64,000 nt of DNA from Ruminococcaceae bacterium UBA6413 (GCA_002437415.1 DJPL01000042.1:91752-155751), one strand, 5' to 3'. Shown: positions 42,180-50,472, counted from the stretch's first letter. Numbers and translations are program-made. The notes: generated by a model not told the origin, from the letters alone.

Positions 42180-44492
42180 TTGTTTAAAATATTCGGGTAT
42201 CTGAAAAGCAGTATACCGCAGGTTTTACTTATTATCGTCCTGCTTGTAATTCAGGCATGGGGCGATCTTACCTTGCCACAGTATACATCGGATATAGTAG
42301 ATATCGGTATACAAAACGGCGGCATTGAAGACGCGGCGGCAGGCGCGCTGACTATTGACGGTTATAATGCACTGAAGGTGTTTATGAGCGATGAACAGAA
42401 AAGCGTACTTGAAAAGTGCTATACGCTTGTAAGCGCAGGTACAGCTACAGAAGAACAGAAAAATATGTATCCCGCGTCAAAAGACAGTGATGCTTTTTTT
42501 CTGAACGATCTTAACACCGAAGAAAAGCAAGCTCTTATCGATGCCGCAGTAATACCTATGACTGCGGCTGAAATGCTAAGAGAGCTGTCGTTTGAAAGCT
42601 TTTCGGCTATGGCAGAAAATCAGGGAGTAGCTCTGCCGTTCACATCGTTTGAGCAGGCAGGGCAGGCACTCGGTATCGAAGCCGACAAGGCAAATGCTCT
42701 GACCGTAATTACCGCACTGGCGGGCACAGGCGCTATGGGCGATGCCGATCTGTCCGCTTCGCTTGATAAAATATCGGATATGCCCGGAACTATTACCGAG
42801 CAGTCGGCTGTGCTTTTTGTAAAAAACGAATATTCATCTCTCGGCGTTGATATGAACACCCTTCAGCAGAGCTATCTGCTTACAACAGGCGGAAAAATGC
42901 TGCTTATCGCATTTCTTATGATGGCTGTGTCTGTAATCGTAGGCTTCTTTGCGGCAACAACAGCGGCAAGGGTAGGCAGGGACTTACGAGCAAAGGTATT
43001 CAAGAATGTAGTCGGCTTCTCAAGTGCTGAGATAGACAAGTTCTCAACAGCAAGCCTTATCACCAGAAGCACAAACGATATACAGCAGATACAGATGGTT
43101 ATCGTAATGCTTCTGAGAATGGTTATCTATGCGCCCATACTCGGTATAGGCGGCGTATTTATGGTACTGACTACAGGTACGGGCATGGCGTGGATAATAG
43201 CGCTTGCGGTTATTATAATACTTGCCGTTGTACTGGTGCTTATGAAGGTCGCTATGCCAAAGTTCAAGCTTATGCAGAAGCTTGTCGACAAGCTGAACCT
43301 TGTAGCAAGAGAAATTCTTACGGGTCTTCCCGTTATCCGCGCTTTCAGCCGCGAAAGGTACGAAGAGGACAGATTTGATAACGCTAATAAGGAGCTTACT
43401 TCAACAATGCTGTTTACAAACCGTACTATGACCTTTATGATGCCGCTTATGATGATGATAATGAACCTTATCACGGTTCTTATCATATGGGTTGGTGCAG
43501 GTCAGATATCGGACGGCTCGTTGCAGGTCGGTGATATGATGGCGTTCATCACATATACTATGCAGATAGTAATGTCGTTTTTAATGCTGACGATGATATC
43601 AATAATGCTCCCAAGAGCCGCAGTTTCGGCAGACAGAATAAACGAGGTCATAACAGCAAAGAAGAGCATAGAGGACAAGCCCGGTGCGGGAGCTTTCGAT
43701 AAATCCGCGCTCAAAGGTAATGTTACTTTTGAAAATGTATCATTCCGCTATCCCGATGCAGACGAAGACGTGCTGACAGATATCAGCTTTACCGCAAACG
43801 CGGGTGAAACCACCGCTATAATCGGCAGTACCGGTAGCGGCAAATCAACGCTTATCAACCTTATCCCGAGATCGTTTGATGTTACCAAGGGCAGGATAAC
43901 AATTGACGGTACGGATATAAGAGATGTGACACAGCATTCTCTCCATGATGTTATAGGTCTTGTACCGCAGAAGGGCGTATTGTTCTCGGGCACTATCGAC
44001 AGCAATATAAAGTTCGGTGCGGAAAACGCAAGCGAAGAAACTGTAAAGCTTGCCGCAAAAGTTTCGCAGTCAACAGAGTTTATCGAAAACAAGCCGCAAA
44101 AATATAACGAACCTGTTTCACAGGGCGGTACAAACGTTTCGGGCGGACAGAAACAACGTCTGTCTATAGCCCGCGCAATAGCAAAAGAGCCGAAGATATA
44201 CCTGTTTGACGACAGCTTCTCCGCGCTTGATTTCAAAACCGATGTCAAGCTCAGAAAGGCGCTTGCCGACAACATTCACGACTGCACGATAATAATCGTT
44301 GCACAGCGTATAAGCACAATTCTTAATGCAGATAAGATAATCGTGCTTGATGAAGGCAGAATTGCGGGTATAGGAACTCACGAGGAGCTTATGCAAAGCT
44401 GTGAGGTTTACAGACAGATAGCGCACTCGCAGTTATCGCAGAAAGACCTTGCGGCGATTGACAATGCAAAGGGGGTTACCGATAATGAGTAA
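42180..44492 (+). CDS. ABC exporter subunit (TMD+NBD, degenerate site) with large loop insertion
   Basis: GSTGSGKS, VSGGQKQR, LFDDSFSALD, AQR. Confidence 0.93.
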   Translation: MFKIFGYLKSSIPQVLLIIVLLVIQAWGDLTLPQYTSDIVDIGIQNGGIEDAAAGALTIDGYNALKVFMSDEQKSVLEKCYTLVSAGTATEEQKNMYPASKDSDAFFLNDLNTEEKQALIDAAVIPMTAAEMLRELSFESFSAMAENQGVALPFTSFEQAGQALGIEADKANALTVITALAGTGAMGDADLSASLDKISDMPGTITEQSAVLFVKNEYSSLGVDMNTLQQSYLLTTGGKMLLIAFLMMAVSVIVGFFAATTAARVGRDLRAKVFKNVVGFSSAEIDKFSTASLITRSTNDIQQIQMVIVMLLRMVIYAPILGIGGVFMVLTTGTGMAWIIALAVIIILAVVLVLMKVAMPKFKLMQKLVDKLNLVAREILTGLPVIRAFSRERYEEDRFDNANKELTSTMLFTNRTMTFMMPLMMMIMNLITVLIIWVGAGQISDGSLQVGDMMAFITYTMQIVMSFLMLTMISIMLPRAAVSADRINEVITAKKSIEDKPGAGAFDKSALKGNVTFENVSFRYPDADEDVLTDISFTANAGETTAIIGSTGSGKSTLINLIPRSFDVTKGRITIDGTDIRDVTQHSLHDVIGLVPQKGVLFSGTIDSNIKFGAENASEETVKLAAKVSQSTEFIENKPQKYNEPVSQGGTNVSGGQKQRLSIARAIAKEPKIYLFDDSFSALDFKTDVKLRKALADNIHDCTIIIVAQRISTILNADKIIVLDEGRIAGIGTHEELMQSCEVYRQIAHSQLSQKDLAAIDNAKGVTDNE

Positions 44493-46329
44493 TTCTCCGA
44501 GAAGAGGACCCGGTGCGCCCGTGGAAAAGGCTAAGGATTTCAAGGGCAGTATCGGAAAGCTTGCGAAATATATGAGCGAATACAAGCTGTCACTTATTTT
44601 TGTCGTGATTTTTGCAATAACATCAACTGTTTTCAATATCATCGGTCCTAAGCTGATGGGTAATGCTACAACCGAAATATTTAACGGTATTATCGCTAAG
44701 GTGAACGGTACAGGCGATGTGAATTTTGGCGCGCTCGGTTCTATACTGCTTTTGCTTATCGGCTTCTATCTTATCAGCAGTTTCTGTTCGTTTTTACAGG
44801 GCTGGCTGATGACAGGCGTTTCGCAGAAGGTCAGCTACAGACTGCGTAAGGAGCTTATCGCCAAGATAAACCGTATGCCGATGAACTACTTTGGCCGCAG
44901 TACTCACGGCGAAGCCCTTTCAAGAGTAACAAACGATGTTGATACACTGGCTCAGAACCTTAATCAGAGCATAACGCAGCTTGTTACATCGGTAACGACG
45001 ATTATCGGCGTTCTTGTAATGATGCTGTCAATAAGCCCGCTTATGACGCTTGTGGCGCTTCTGATATTGCCTGTATCGCTTGCACTTGTGCTTATCGTTG
45101 TAAAGATATCGCAAAAGTACTTCAAGTCACAGCAGGAATACCTCGGTCATATAAACGGTCAGGTAGAAGAAATTTACGGCGGTCACAATATCGTAAAGGC
45201 GTTCAACAGGGAAGAGCGTGTTATCAAGGACTTTGACGAAGCAAACGATATTTTATATAAATCGGCGTGGAAGTCGCAGTTCTTCTCGGGCATAATGATG
45301 CCTGTAATGACCTTTGTCGGAAATCTCGGCTATGTAGGTGTTGCGGTTCTCGGCGGCTTCCTTGCCGCGAACGGAACTATTATGGTCGGCGATATACTGT
45401 CGTTTATCCAGTATGTAAAGAACTTCACACAGCCGATAAATCAGCTTGCACAGGTGTCAAGTATGCTACAGTCCACTGCCGCCGCGGCAGAACGTGTATT
45501 TGAGTTTCTTGCCGAAAATGAAGAGGCGCAGACCGCAAAGGAACACGCAATGCTCACCGATACATCGGGCAATACAAGAAATGTGACAACGCTTGATATA
45601 ACAGGTGATGTGACATTTGAGCACGTCCGTTTCGGATACGATCCCGAAAAGATAATAATCAACGATTTCAGTGCCGAGGTAAAGCAGGGTCAGAAGATAG
45701 CTATCGTCGGTCCTACCGGTGCGGGAAAGACTACTATCGTAAAGCTGCTTATGCGTTTCTACGAGCTTAACAGCGGCAGGATACTGGTTGACGGTTATGA
45801 TATTGCCGACTTCGACAGAAGCGAGCTGAGAGAGCTGTTCGGAATGGTGCTTCAGGATACATGGCTGTTCAAGGGCACGATTATGGAAAATATCCGTTAC
45901 GGTAAGCTTGACGCTACCGATGAAGAGGTCATCGCGGCGGCAAAGGCGGCTCACGTTGACCACTTTATAAGAACACTTCCGGGCGGATATGATATGGAGC
46001 TCAACGAAGAAGCTTCAAATGTATCACAAGGTCAGAAACAGCTTCTGACTATTGCAAGAGCAATTCTCGCAAACAACAAGATACTCATACTTGACGAGGC
46101 TACAAGCTCAGTCGATACCCGCACAGAGATACAGATACAAAAGGCGATGGATAATCTGATGAAGGGCAGAACGAGCTTTATCATCGCACATCGCTTGTCA
46201 ACGATAAAGGACGCAGACCTTATACTTGTGCTAAAGGACGGCGATATAATCGAACAGGGAGATCACGAAGAGCTTTTAGCGAAAAACGGCTTCTATGCGG
46301 AGCTGTATAATTCGCAGTTTGATTCGTGA
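44485..46329 (+). CDS. ABC exporter subunit (TMD+NBD, consensus catalytic Glu/His)
   Basis: GPTGAGKT, VSQGQKQL, ILDEATSS, AHRLST. Confidence 0.93.
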   Translation: MSNSPRRGPGAPVEKAKDFKGSIGKLAKYMSEYKLSLIFVVIFAITSTVFNIIGPKLMGNATTEIFNGIIAKVNGTGDVNFGALGSILLLLIGFYLISSFCSFLQGWLMTGVSQKVSYRLRKELIAKINRMPMNYFGRSTHGEALSRVTNDVDTLAQNLNQSITQLVTSVTTIIGVLVMMLSISPLMTLVALLILPVSLALVLIVVKISQKYFKSQQEYLGHINGQVEEIYGGHNIVKAFNREERVIKDFDEANDILYKSAWKSQFFSGIMMPVMTFVGNLGYVGVAVLGGFLAANGTIMVGDILSFIQYVKNFTQPINQLAQVSSMLQSTAAAAERVFEFLAENEEAQTAKEHAMLTDTSGNTRNVTTLDITGDVTFEHVRFGYDPEKIIINDFSAEVKQGQKIAIVGPTGAGKTTIVKLLMRFYELNSGRILVDGYDIADFDRSELRELFGMVLQDTWLFKGTIMENIRYGKLDATDEEVIAAAKAAHVDHFIRTLPGGYDMELNEEASNVSQGQKQLLTIARAILANNKILILDEATSSVDTRTEIQIQKAMDNLMKGRTSFIIAHRLSTIKDADLILVLKDGDIIEQGDHEELLAKNGFYAELYNSQFDS

Positions 46330-46386
46330 GTACCGCAGAATATGCATAGTTTTTAGTTTGAACTTGCAAATTTGGCGTAAACCCTA

Positions 46387-46415
46387 TTGACAAGCATCAA
46401 AATTTAATGTATAAT
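46387..46415 (+). promoter_or_regulatory. Consensus sigma-A promoter
   Basis: TTGACA-17bp-TATAAT. Confidence 0.8.
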
Positions 46416-46424
46416 AATATCAGC

Positions 46425-46459
46425 AAAGGCGCAAAGCAGTAATGTTTTGCGCCTTTTTT
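46425..46459 (+). terminator. Rho-independent terminator
   Basis: AAAGGCGCAAAGCA-GTAA-TGTTTTGCGCCTTTTTT. Confidence 0.8.
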
Positions 46460-46487
46460 ATATGTTAATATCCGGAGGGTGGTTTTT

Positions 46488-47171
46488 ATGAATAAGACAG
46501 AATTTGCTGATAAACTTGCAGAAAATGAATATAACAATATAAACGTGCTTCAGCTTTTCGGGCTTCAGGACGGCGTATATGTCGGCGGCAGTATAGAGAT
46601 CTATCATAAGCCCTGCGGGCATACGGATACCGTGATATTCAGACAGGGAATATACGAAAACACGATAAACGACTGTATAAACGACTATTGCGGCGAGTGC
46701 AGACGCAAGATGAATAACACCGTCGAGTTTGTAAAAAGCTATATCGAGTGGCTGTATGTAGATGTCAGGACAGACAACTACGGAAGAAAAACCATACTTA
46801 AGTCGGGCGATTACCGCGAGTTTTTCAAAAGCGACATCAATCTTGACAAGTTTGTAAAGCACAACTACACAGCGTCACCTATCGAGCTGATGAATGCAAT
46901 TGACAGCTTTATTGCGGATTTTCCACGCTCGTATTCCGATGAAAGCGGAAAAGAGATATCTACCGTTAAAATAGACAGCGTAAAAAACAGAATCACTCAT
47001 TTCAGAAGCAAATGCGGCATATCGCGCAAGGAGCTTTCCGATAAGACGGGAATTGCATTCAAAACAATAGAAAACTACGAGCTCGGCAGGACTAAGCTTA
47101 CCTCTATTTCAGTCGAAAACGCGTTCAGGATCGCTCAGGTGCTTGGAATACGCGCAGAATATCTTATATAG
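46488..47171 (+). CDS. XRE-family HTH protein (C-terminal HTH) with N-terminal Cys/His-rich domain
   Basis: RSKCGISRKELSDKTGIAFKTIENYELG HTH; HKPCGH...CGEC; GGAGG SD. Confidence 0.75.
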   Translation: MNKTEFADKLAENEYNNINVLQLFGLQDGVYVGGSIEIYHKPCGHTDTVIFRQGIYENTINDCINDYCGECRRKMNNTVEFVKSYIEWLYVDVRTDNYGRKTILKSGDYREFFKSDINLDKFVKHNYTASPIELMNAIDSFIADFPRSYSDESGKEISTVKIDSVKNRITHFRSKCGISRKELSDKTGIAFKTIENYELGRTKLTSISVENAFRIAQVLGIRAEYLI

Positions 47172-47179
47172 CCGCCGTC

Positions 47180-47208
47180 TTGACAAGACCCCTGAAAACG
47201 AATATACT
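47180..47208 (+). promoter_or_regulatory. sigma-A promoter of the M14 pair
   Basis: TTGACA-17bp-TATACT. Confidence 0.7.
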
Positions 47209-47240
47209 TATCTTATAATCAGAAATTCGGAGGTAATCAT

Positions 47241-48173
47241 TTGTTACAGGACGTAGTATCCGTTTCACTCCCTGTGAATGAGCGGATGAGAATAAAGAAA
47301 AACCACTTCGAGCCGTACAACCTTACAGGCAACGAAAAGAGAATATGCATTGTTACAGGAATACACGGAGATGAGCTTGAAGGGCAATATGTCTGCTATG
47401 AGCTCAGCAGAAGACTAAGCGAAAACGGACATCTTCTGACGGGAATAGTTGATATATATCCCTCTATGAACCCGCTCGGTATGGATTCGATCAAGCGCGA
47501 GATGCCGATATTCGACCTTGATATGAATATGATATTCCCGGGTTCGGAAACAGGCGCAGTCGCCGAGCACTTAGCCGCCGCTATTATGAACGATATCAAA
47601 GGTGCGGATATATGTATTGATATCCATGCAAGCAATATATTTCTGCGTGAAATCCCGCAGGTCAGAATTTCGGAGGAAACCGCGCCCAAGCTGTTACCTT
47701 ACGCCAAAATGCTGAATGTAGACTTTATATGGGTGCATTCAAGCGTTACTGTTATGGAGGCTACACTTTCTCACAGCCTTAACAAGGCGGGAACTCCTAC
47801 ACTTGTCGCCGAGATGGGAGTAGGTATGCGTATTACAAAGTCATACGGCGATCAGCTCCTTGACGGCATATTCAATCTTATGTCAAAGATGGGCATATGG
47901 GCGGGAGAAGCAAAAAATGTATCTCACCCGATAATATCCACAGACGGCAATGTGTCGTTTGTGTATTCCGATACCTCCGGCATATATATGCCGACTATCA
48001 AGCACTGGGCGGGAATATCAAAGGGCGACCATATAGGCGATATACTCGACCCTCTTACAGGAACGGTAGAGCAGGAAATATTTGCGCCGTGCAGCGGAAT
48101 TGTATTTACACTGCGTGAGTATCCTGTCGTGTACGAAGGCTCGCTTCTTGCGAGAATACTGGGAGGGTGCTGA
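47241..48173 (+). CDS. M14 / succinylglutamate desuccinylase-aspartoacylase family protein
   Basis: GIHGDE, DIHAS, AEMG; C-terminal barrel-sandwich-like tail; GGAGG SD plus TTG start. Confidence 0.88.
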   Translation: MLQDVVSVSLPVNERMRIKKNHFEPYNLTGNEKRICIVTGIHGDELEGQYVCYELSRRLSENGHLLTGIVDIYPSMNPLGMDSIKREMPIFDLDMNMIFPGSETGAVAEHLAAAIMNDIKGADICIDIHASNIFLREIPQVRISEETAPKLLPYAKMLNVDFIWVHSSVTVMEATLSHSLNKAGTPTLVAEMGVGMRITKSYGDQLLDGIFNLMSKMGIWAGEAKNVSHPIISTDGNVSFVYSDTSGIYMPTIKHWAGISKGDHIGDILDPLTGTVEQEIFAPCSGIVFTLREYPVVYEGSLLARILGGC

Positions 48174-49111
48174 AAATGAACAAGGAAAACATAGTAAGAT
48201 TAAAGTCCCCCTACCGTGATGATTTTGAGATAAACGGATACAGATTCGGCAAGGGCGAGAAGACCTGCTGTATAGTCGGCGCGATGCGTGGCAACGAGGT
48301 ACAGCAGCTGTATGTATGCTCACAGATAATCAGAGCTTTGTCAACCATCGAGAAAAAGGGCGACATTGCTCACGGAAAGCAGATCATGGTCATTCCGTCG
48401 CTCAATCCCTTTTCGATGAATATTCAGCGCCGTTTCTGGTCGGTCGATAACACCGATCTTAACAGAATGTTCCCTGGTGACGCTAACGGTAAGACAACAC
48501 AGAGAATAGCCGCAGGCATTTTCGATTTTATAAAGGAATATCAGTACGGTGTACAGTTCGCATCATTCTATATTTCGGGCGACTTTATTCCCCACGTCAG
48601 AATGATGGATACCGAACACAAGAATATAGGTCTAGCAAACCTGTTCGGACTGCCGTATATACTTCTCAGAAAGCCTAAGCCGTTTGATACGGCAACGCTT
48701 AACTTCAACTGGCAGAATTCAAATACAAGCGCGTTTTCAGTCTATACGAACGAAACCGAGCACATAGACGAGGAATCCGCCCGCATAGCTGTCGGAGCAG
48801 TGCTCCGTTTCTTATCAAGAATGGGAGCTATCAAATATCATAGCCACGGCGGATATATGGCTACTACTCTTGATGAAGAGCACCTGATGTCGGTACACGC
48901 ACAGAGCGGCGGAATATACCGCAGGATAAAACAGCCGGGTGATGAGGTAGAGCAGGGCGAAGCAATGGCGGAGATACTTGATCCGTTCGAGGGAACGGTT
49001 ATCGAAGAAATCAAAGCACCCGCAAACGGAATAGTATTTTTCGCGCATAAATCGCCGCTGGTACTTGAAAACTCGGTTGTCTATAAGATAATAAAAAGAC
49101 TCCATATATAA
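48167..49111 (+). CDS. M14 / AstE-AspA family paralog lacking Zn-binding histidines
   Basis: GAMRGNE, DLNRMFPG, QFAS; same domain layout as the upstream gene. Confidence 0.85.
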   Translation: MLKMNKENIVRLKSPYRDDFEINGYRFGKGEKTCCIVGAMRGNEVQQLYVCSQIIRALSTIEKKGDIAHGKQIMVIPSLNPFSMNIQRRFWSVDNTDLNRMFPGDANGKTTQRIAAGIFDFIKEYQYGVQFASFYISGDFIPHVRMMDTEHKNIGLANLFGLPYILLRKPKPFDTATLNFNWQNSNTSAFSVYTNETEHIDEESARIAVGAVLRFLSRMGAIKYHSHGGYMATTLDEEHLMSVHAQSGGIYRRIKQPGDEVEQGEAMAEILDPFEGTVIEEIKAPANGIVFFAHKSPLVLENSVVYKIIKRLHI

Positions 49112-49114
49112 TAT

Positions 49115-49150
49115 AAAGCCGTACAGACGAGGTAAGTCTGTACGGCTTTT
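49115..49150 (+). terminator. Rho-independent terminator
   Basis: AAAGCCGTACAGAC / GTCTGTACGGCTTTT, perfect 14-bp stem. Confidence 0.85.
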
Positions 49151-49505
49151 ATTAGGTGCGTAGGGAAATGATGCAAATTTGCTGTTGCTTTCATCGGTTA
49201 GGATAGTAGTTATGGGAATTATTGTAACTTTAACCGATGATTTATCGGCGTTATAGACATACTCCTGAAAAACACCTTCATATATATAAACGTTTGAAAC
49301 GCAAAAACCTGACATTAAAATCGGCGAAAATCGTTGATTTTGTATGAATGCACAAATAAATTTTATTTTATTGTGCACTTTGACAGGTGATTAACTTACT
49401 TTAATAGAATAAAAAGTCATATATGGTTTATTAAGGAATATCAATAAAAAGTGAAATTCAGCGTTTCCGACGGCAAGTTAAATTGTTCTCACTGCCTGCG
49501 TTCTC

Positions 49506-49534
49506 TTGACATAAATTCCGCTGTTTTATATAAT
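49506..49534 (+). promoter_or_regulatory. Perfect consensus sigma-A promoter with no downstream protein gene
   Basis: TTGACA (49506-49511), 17 bp, TATAAT (49529-49534). Confidence 0.85.
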
Positions 49535-49540
49535 ATAATA

Positions 49541-49925
49541 TACATTTATTGTAATCAAACCAGACACCCATATTTGTGTCGATCAGATGCAAAGATCAAG
49601 CATACAGTCATTTCCGCAGAAAGGTTTTATGCTATCGTACTTATCCTTCATAGAGGAAGCTCTCAGTGGTTCAATCCCGATACTTTTATCGATACGGTGA
49701 TTATAGTATTAGAAATACTCGTAATACAACTGATGTCTTTGTTTTTGGAAAACTAACAAGACGTGTCTGCAAAGCATAAATTTCGGTGCTAATGAGATAT
49801 TGTTATTTCAGAGGAAACCGGAATAAGCTTAGATAACGCATTGACAATATAAAGCCTCACATATACCGACTGCCATAACGTTTATTTGTGCGGCTGATGC
49901 CTTTTATGGTATCAGCCGCATTTTT
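49541..49925 (+). ncRNA. Candidate structured non-coding RNA (~385 nt), family not recognised
   Basis: Bounded by a consensus promoter and a strong terminator; many complementary segments; no long ORF with an SD. Confidence 0.55.
49889..49925 (+). terminator. Rho-independent terminator of the candidate ncRNA
   Basis: TGCGGCTGATGCC / GGTATCAGCCGCA followed by TTTTT. Confidence 0.85.
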
Positions 49926-49998
49926 GCATATAAAAAGAAGCCACAAAATGTGACTTACTTCGCTGTATTGCGACTAAATATTTTTTATTTTCGGGCAC

Positions 49999-50029
49999 AA
50001 AAAAACGCCCCTGGCTCAAACCAGAGGCG
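49999..50029 (-). terminator. Terminator of the tRNA operon
   Basis: Minus strand CGCCTCTGG-TTTGAG-CCAGGGGCG followed by T7. Confidence 0.85.
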
Positions 50030-50053
50030 AAACTTAGTCCGGCATTATGCCGG

Positions 50054-50143
50054 TGGCGCAGAAAGAGGGATTTGAACCCTCGCGCCGGTTTCCCGACCTA
50101 CTCCCTTAGCAGGGGAGCCCCTTCACCACTTGGGTATTTCTGC
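50054..50143 (-). tRNA. tRNA-Ser (GCT)
   Basis: Acceptor GCAGAAA/TTTCTGC, anticodon arm CTCCC-CTGCTAA-GGGAG, long variable arm, GGTTCAAATCC, encoded CCA. Confidence 0.97.
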
Positions 50144-50167
50144 ATGGCGAATTATAAAATATTTAAT

Positions 50168-50254
50168 TGGTGCCGCTGATCGGACTTGAACCGATACGGT
50201 ATTGCTACCGAGGGATTTTAAGTCCCTTGTGTCTGCCGATTCCACCACAGCGGC
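50168..50254 (-). tRNA. tRNA-Leu (TAA)
   Basis: Acceptor GCCGCTG/CAGCGGC, anticodon arm AGGGA-CTTAAAA-TCCCT, variable arm, GGTTCAAGTCC, ACCA end. Confidence 0.97.
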
Positions 50255-50295
50255 ATTTGGTTGCGTGGGGTGCGTGGGGTGATTAACCTTGATAT

Positions 50296-50324
50296 ATTAT
50301 ACACTTATTTCACCTGCTTGTCAA
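50296..50324 (-). promoter_or_regulatory. Consensus sigma-A promoter of the tRNA-Leu/Ser operon
   Basis: TTGACA-17bp-TATAAT on minus strand. Confidence 0.85.
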
Positions 50325-50472
50325 GTGCTTTTTGAAAATTTTATTAAATTATTTTCTCTTTTTTCATCTTGTATTTTGCTGCGAAATAGTGTAAAATATT
50401 TATAGAAATATACCCAAAAAACAGGATACATTTTCCAATCGTTCTACAAATTTTATTGAAAGGGGAATACCA

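Noticed and set aside
46334..47163. 10-bp direct repeat CGCAGAATAT flanking the XRE gene
   Set aside because: Short, the second copy is inside the CDS, and it is compatible with chance
49219..49260. 13-codon minus-strand ORF MSITPINHRLKLQ after AGGAG
   Set aside because: SD is only 1 nt from the ATG and there is no other support
48815..49378. 187-aa minus-strand ORF
   Set aside because: Overlaps the M14 gene antisense and crosses its terminator; composition is not protein-like
49451..49756. 101-aa ORF from the track
   Set aside because: GTG start without a good SD, begins upstream of and spans the promoter, and has no recognisable domain
49541..49925. CRISPR array, tmRNA, RNase P RNA or T-box
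   Set aside because: No regularly spaced repeats or cas genes; diagnostic motifs of these RNAs were not seen on either strand
46330..50054. Genomic island integrated at the tRNA-Ser 3' end
   Set aside because: No integrase, and no duplicated tRNA 3' end (att site) seen in the window
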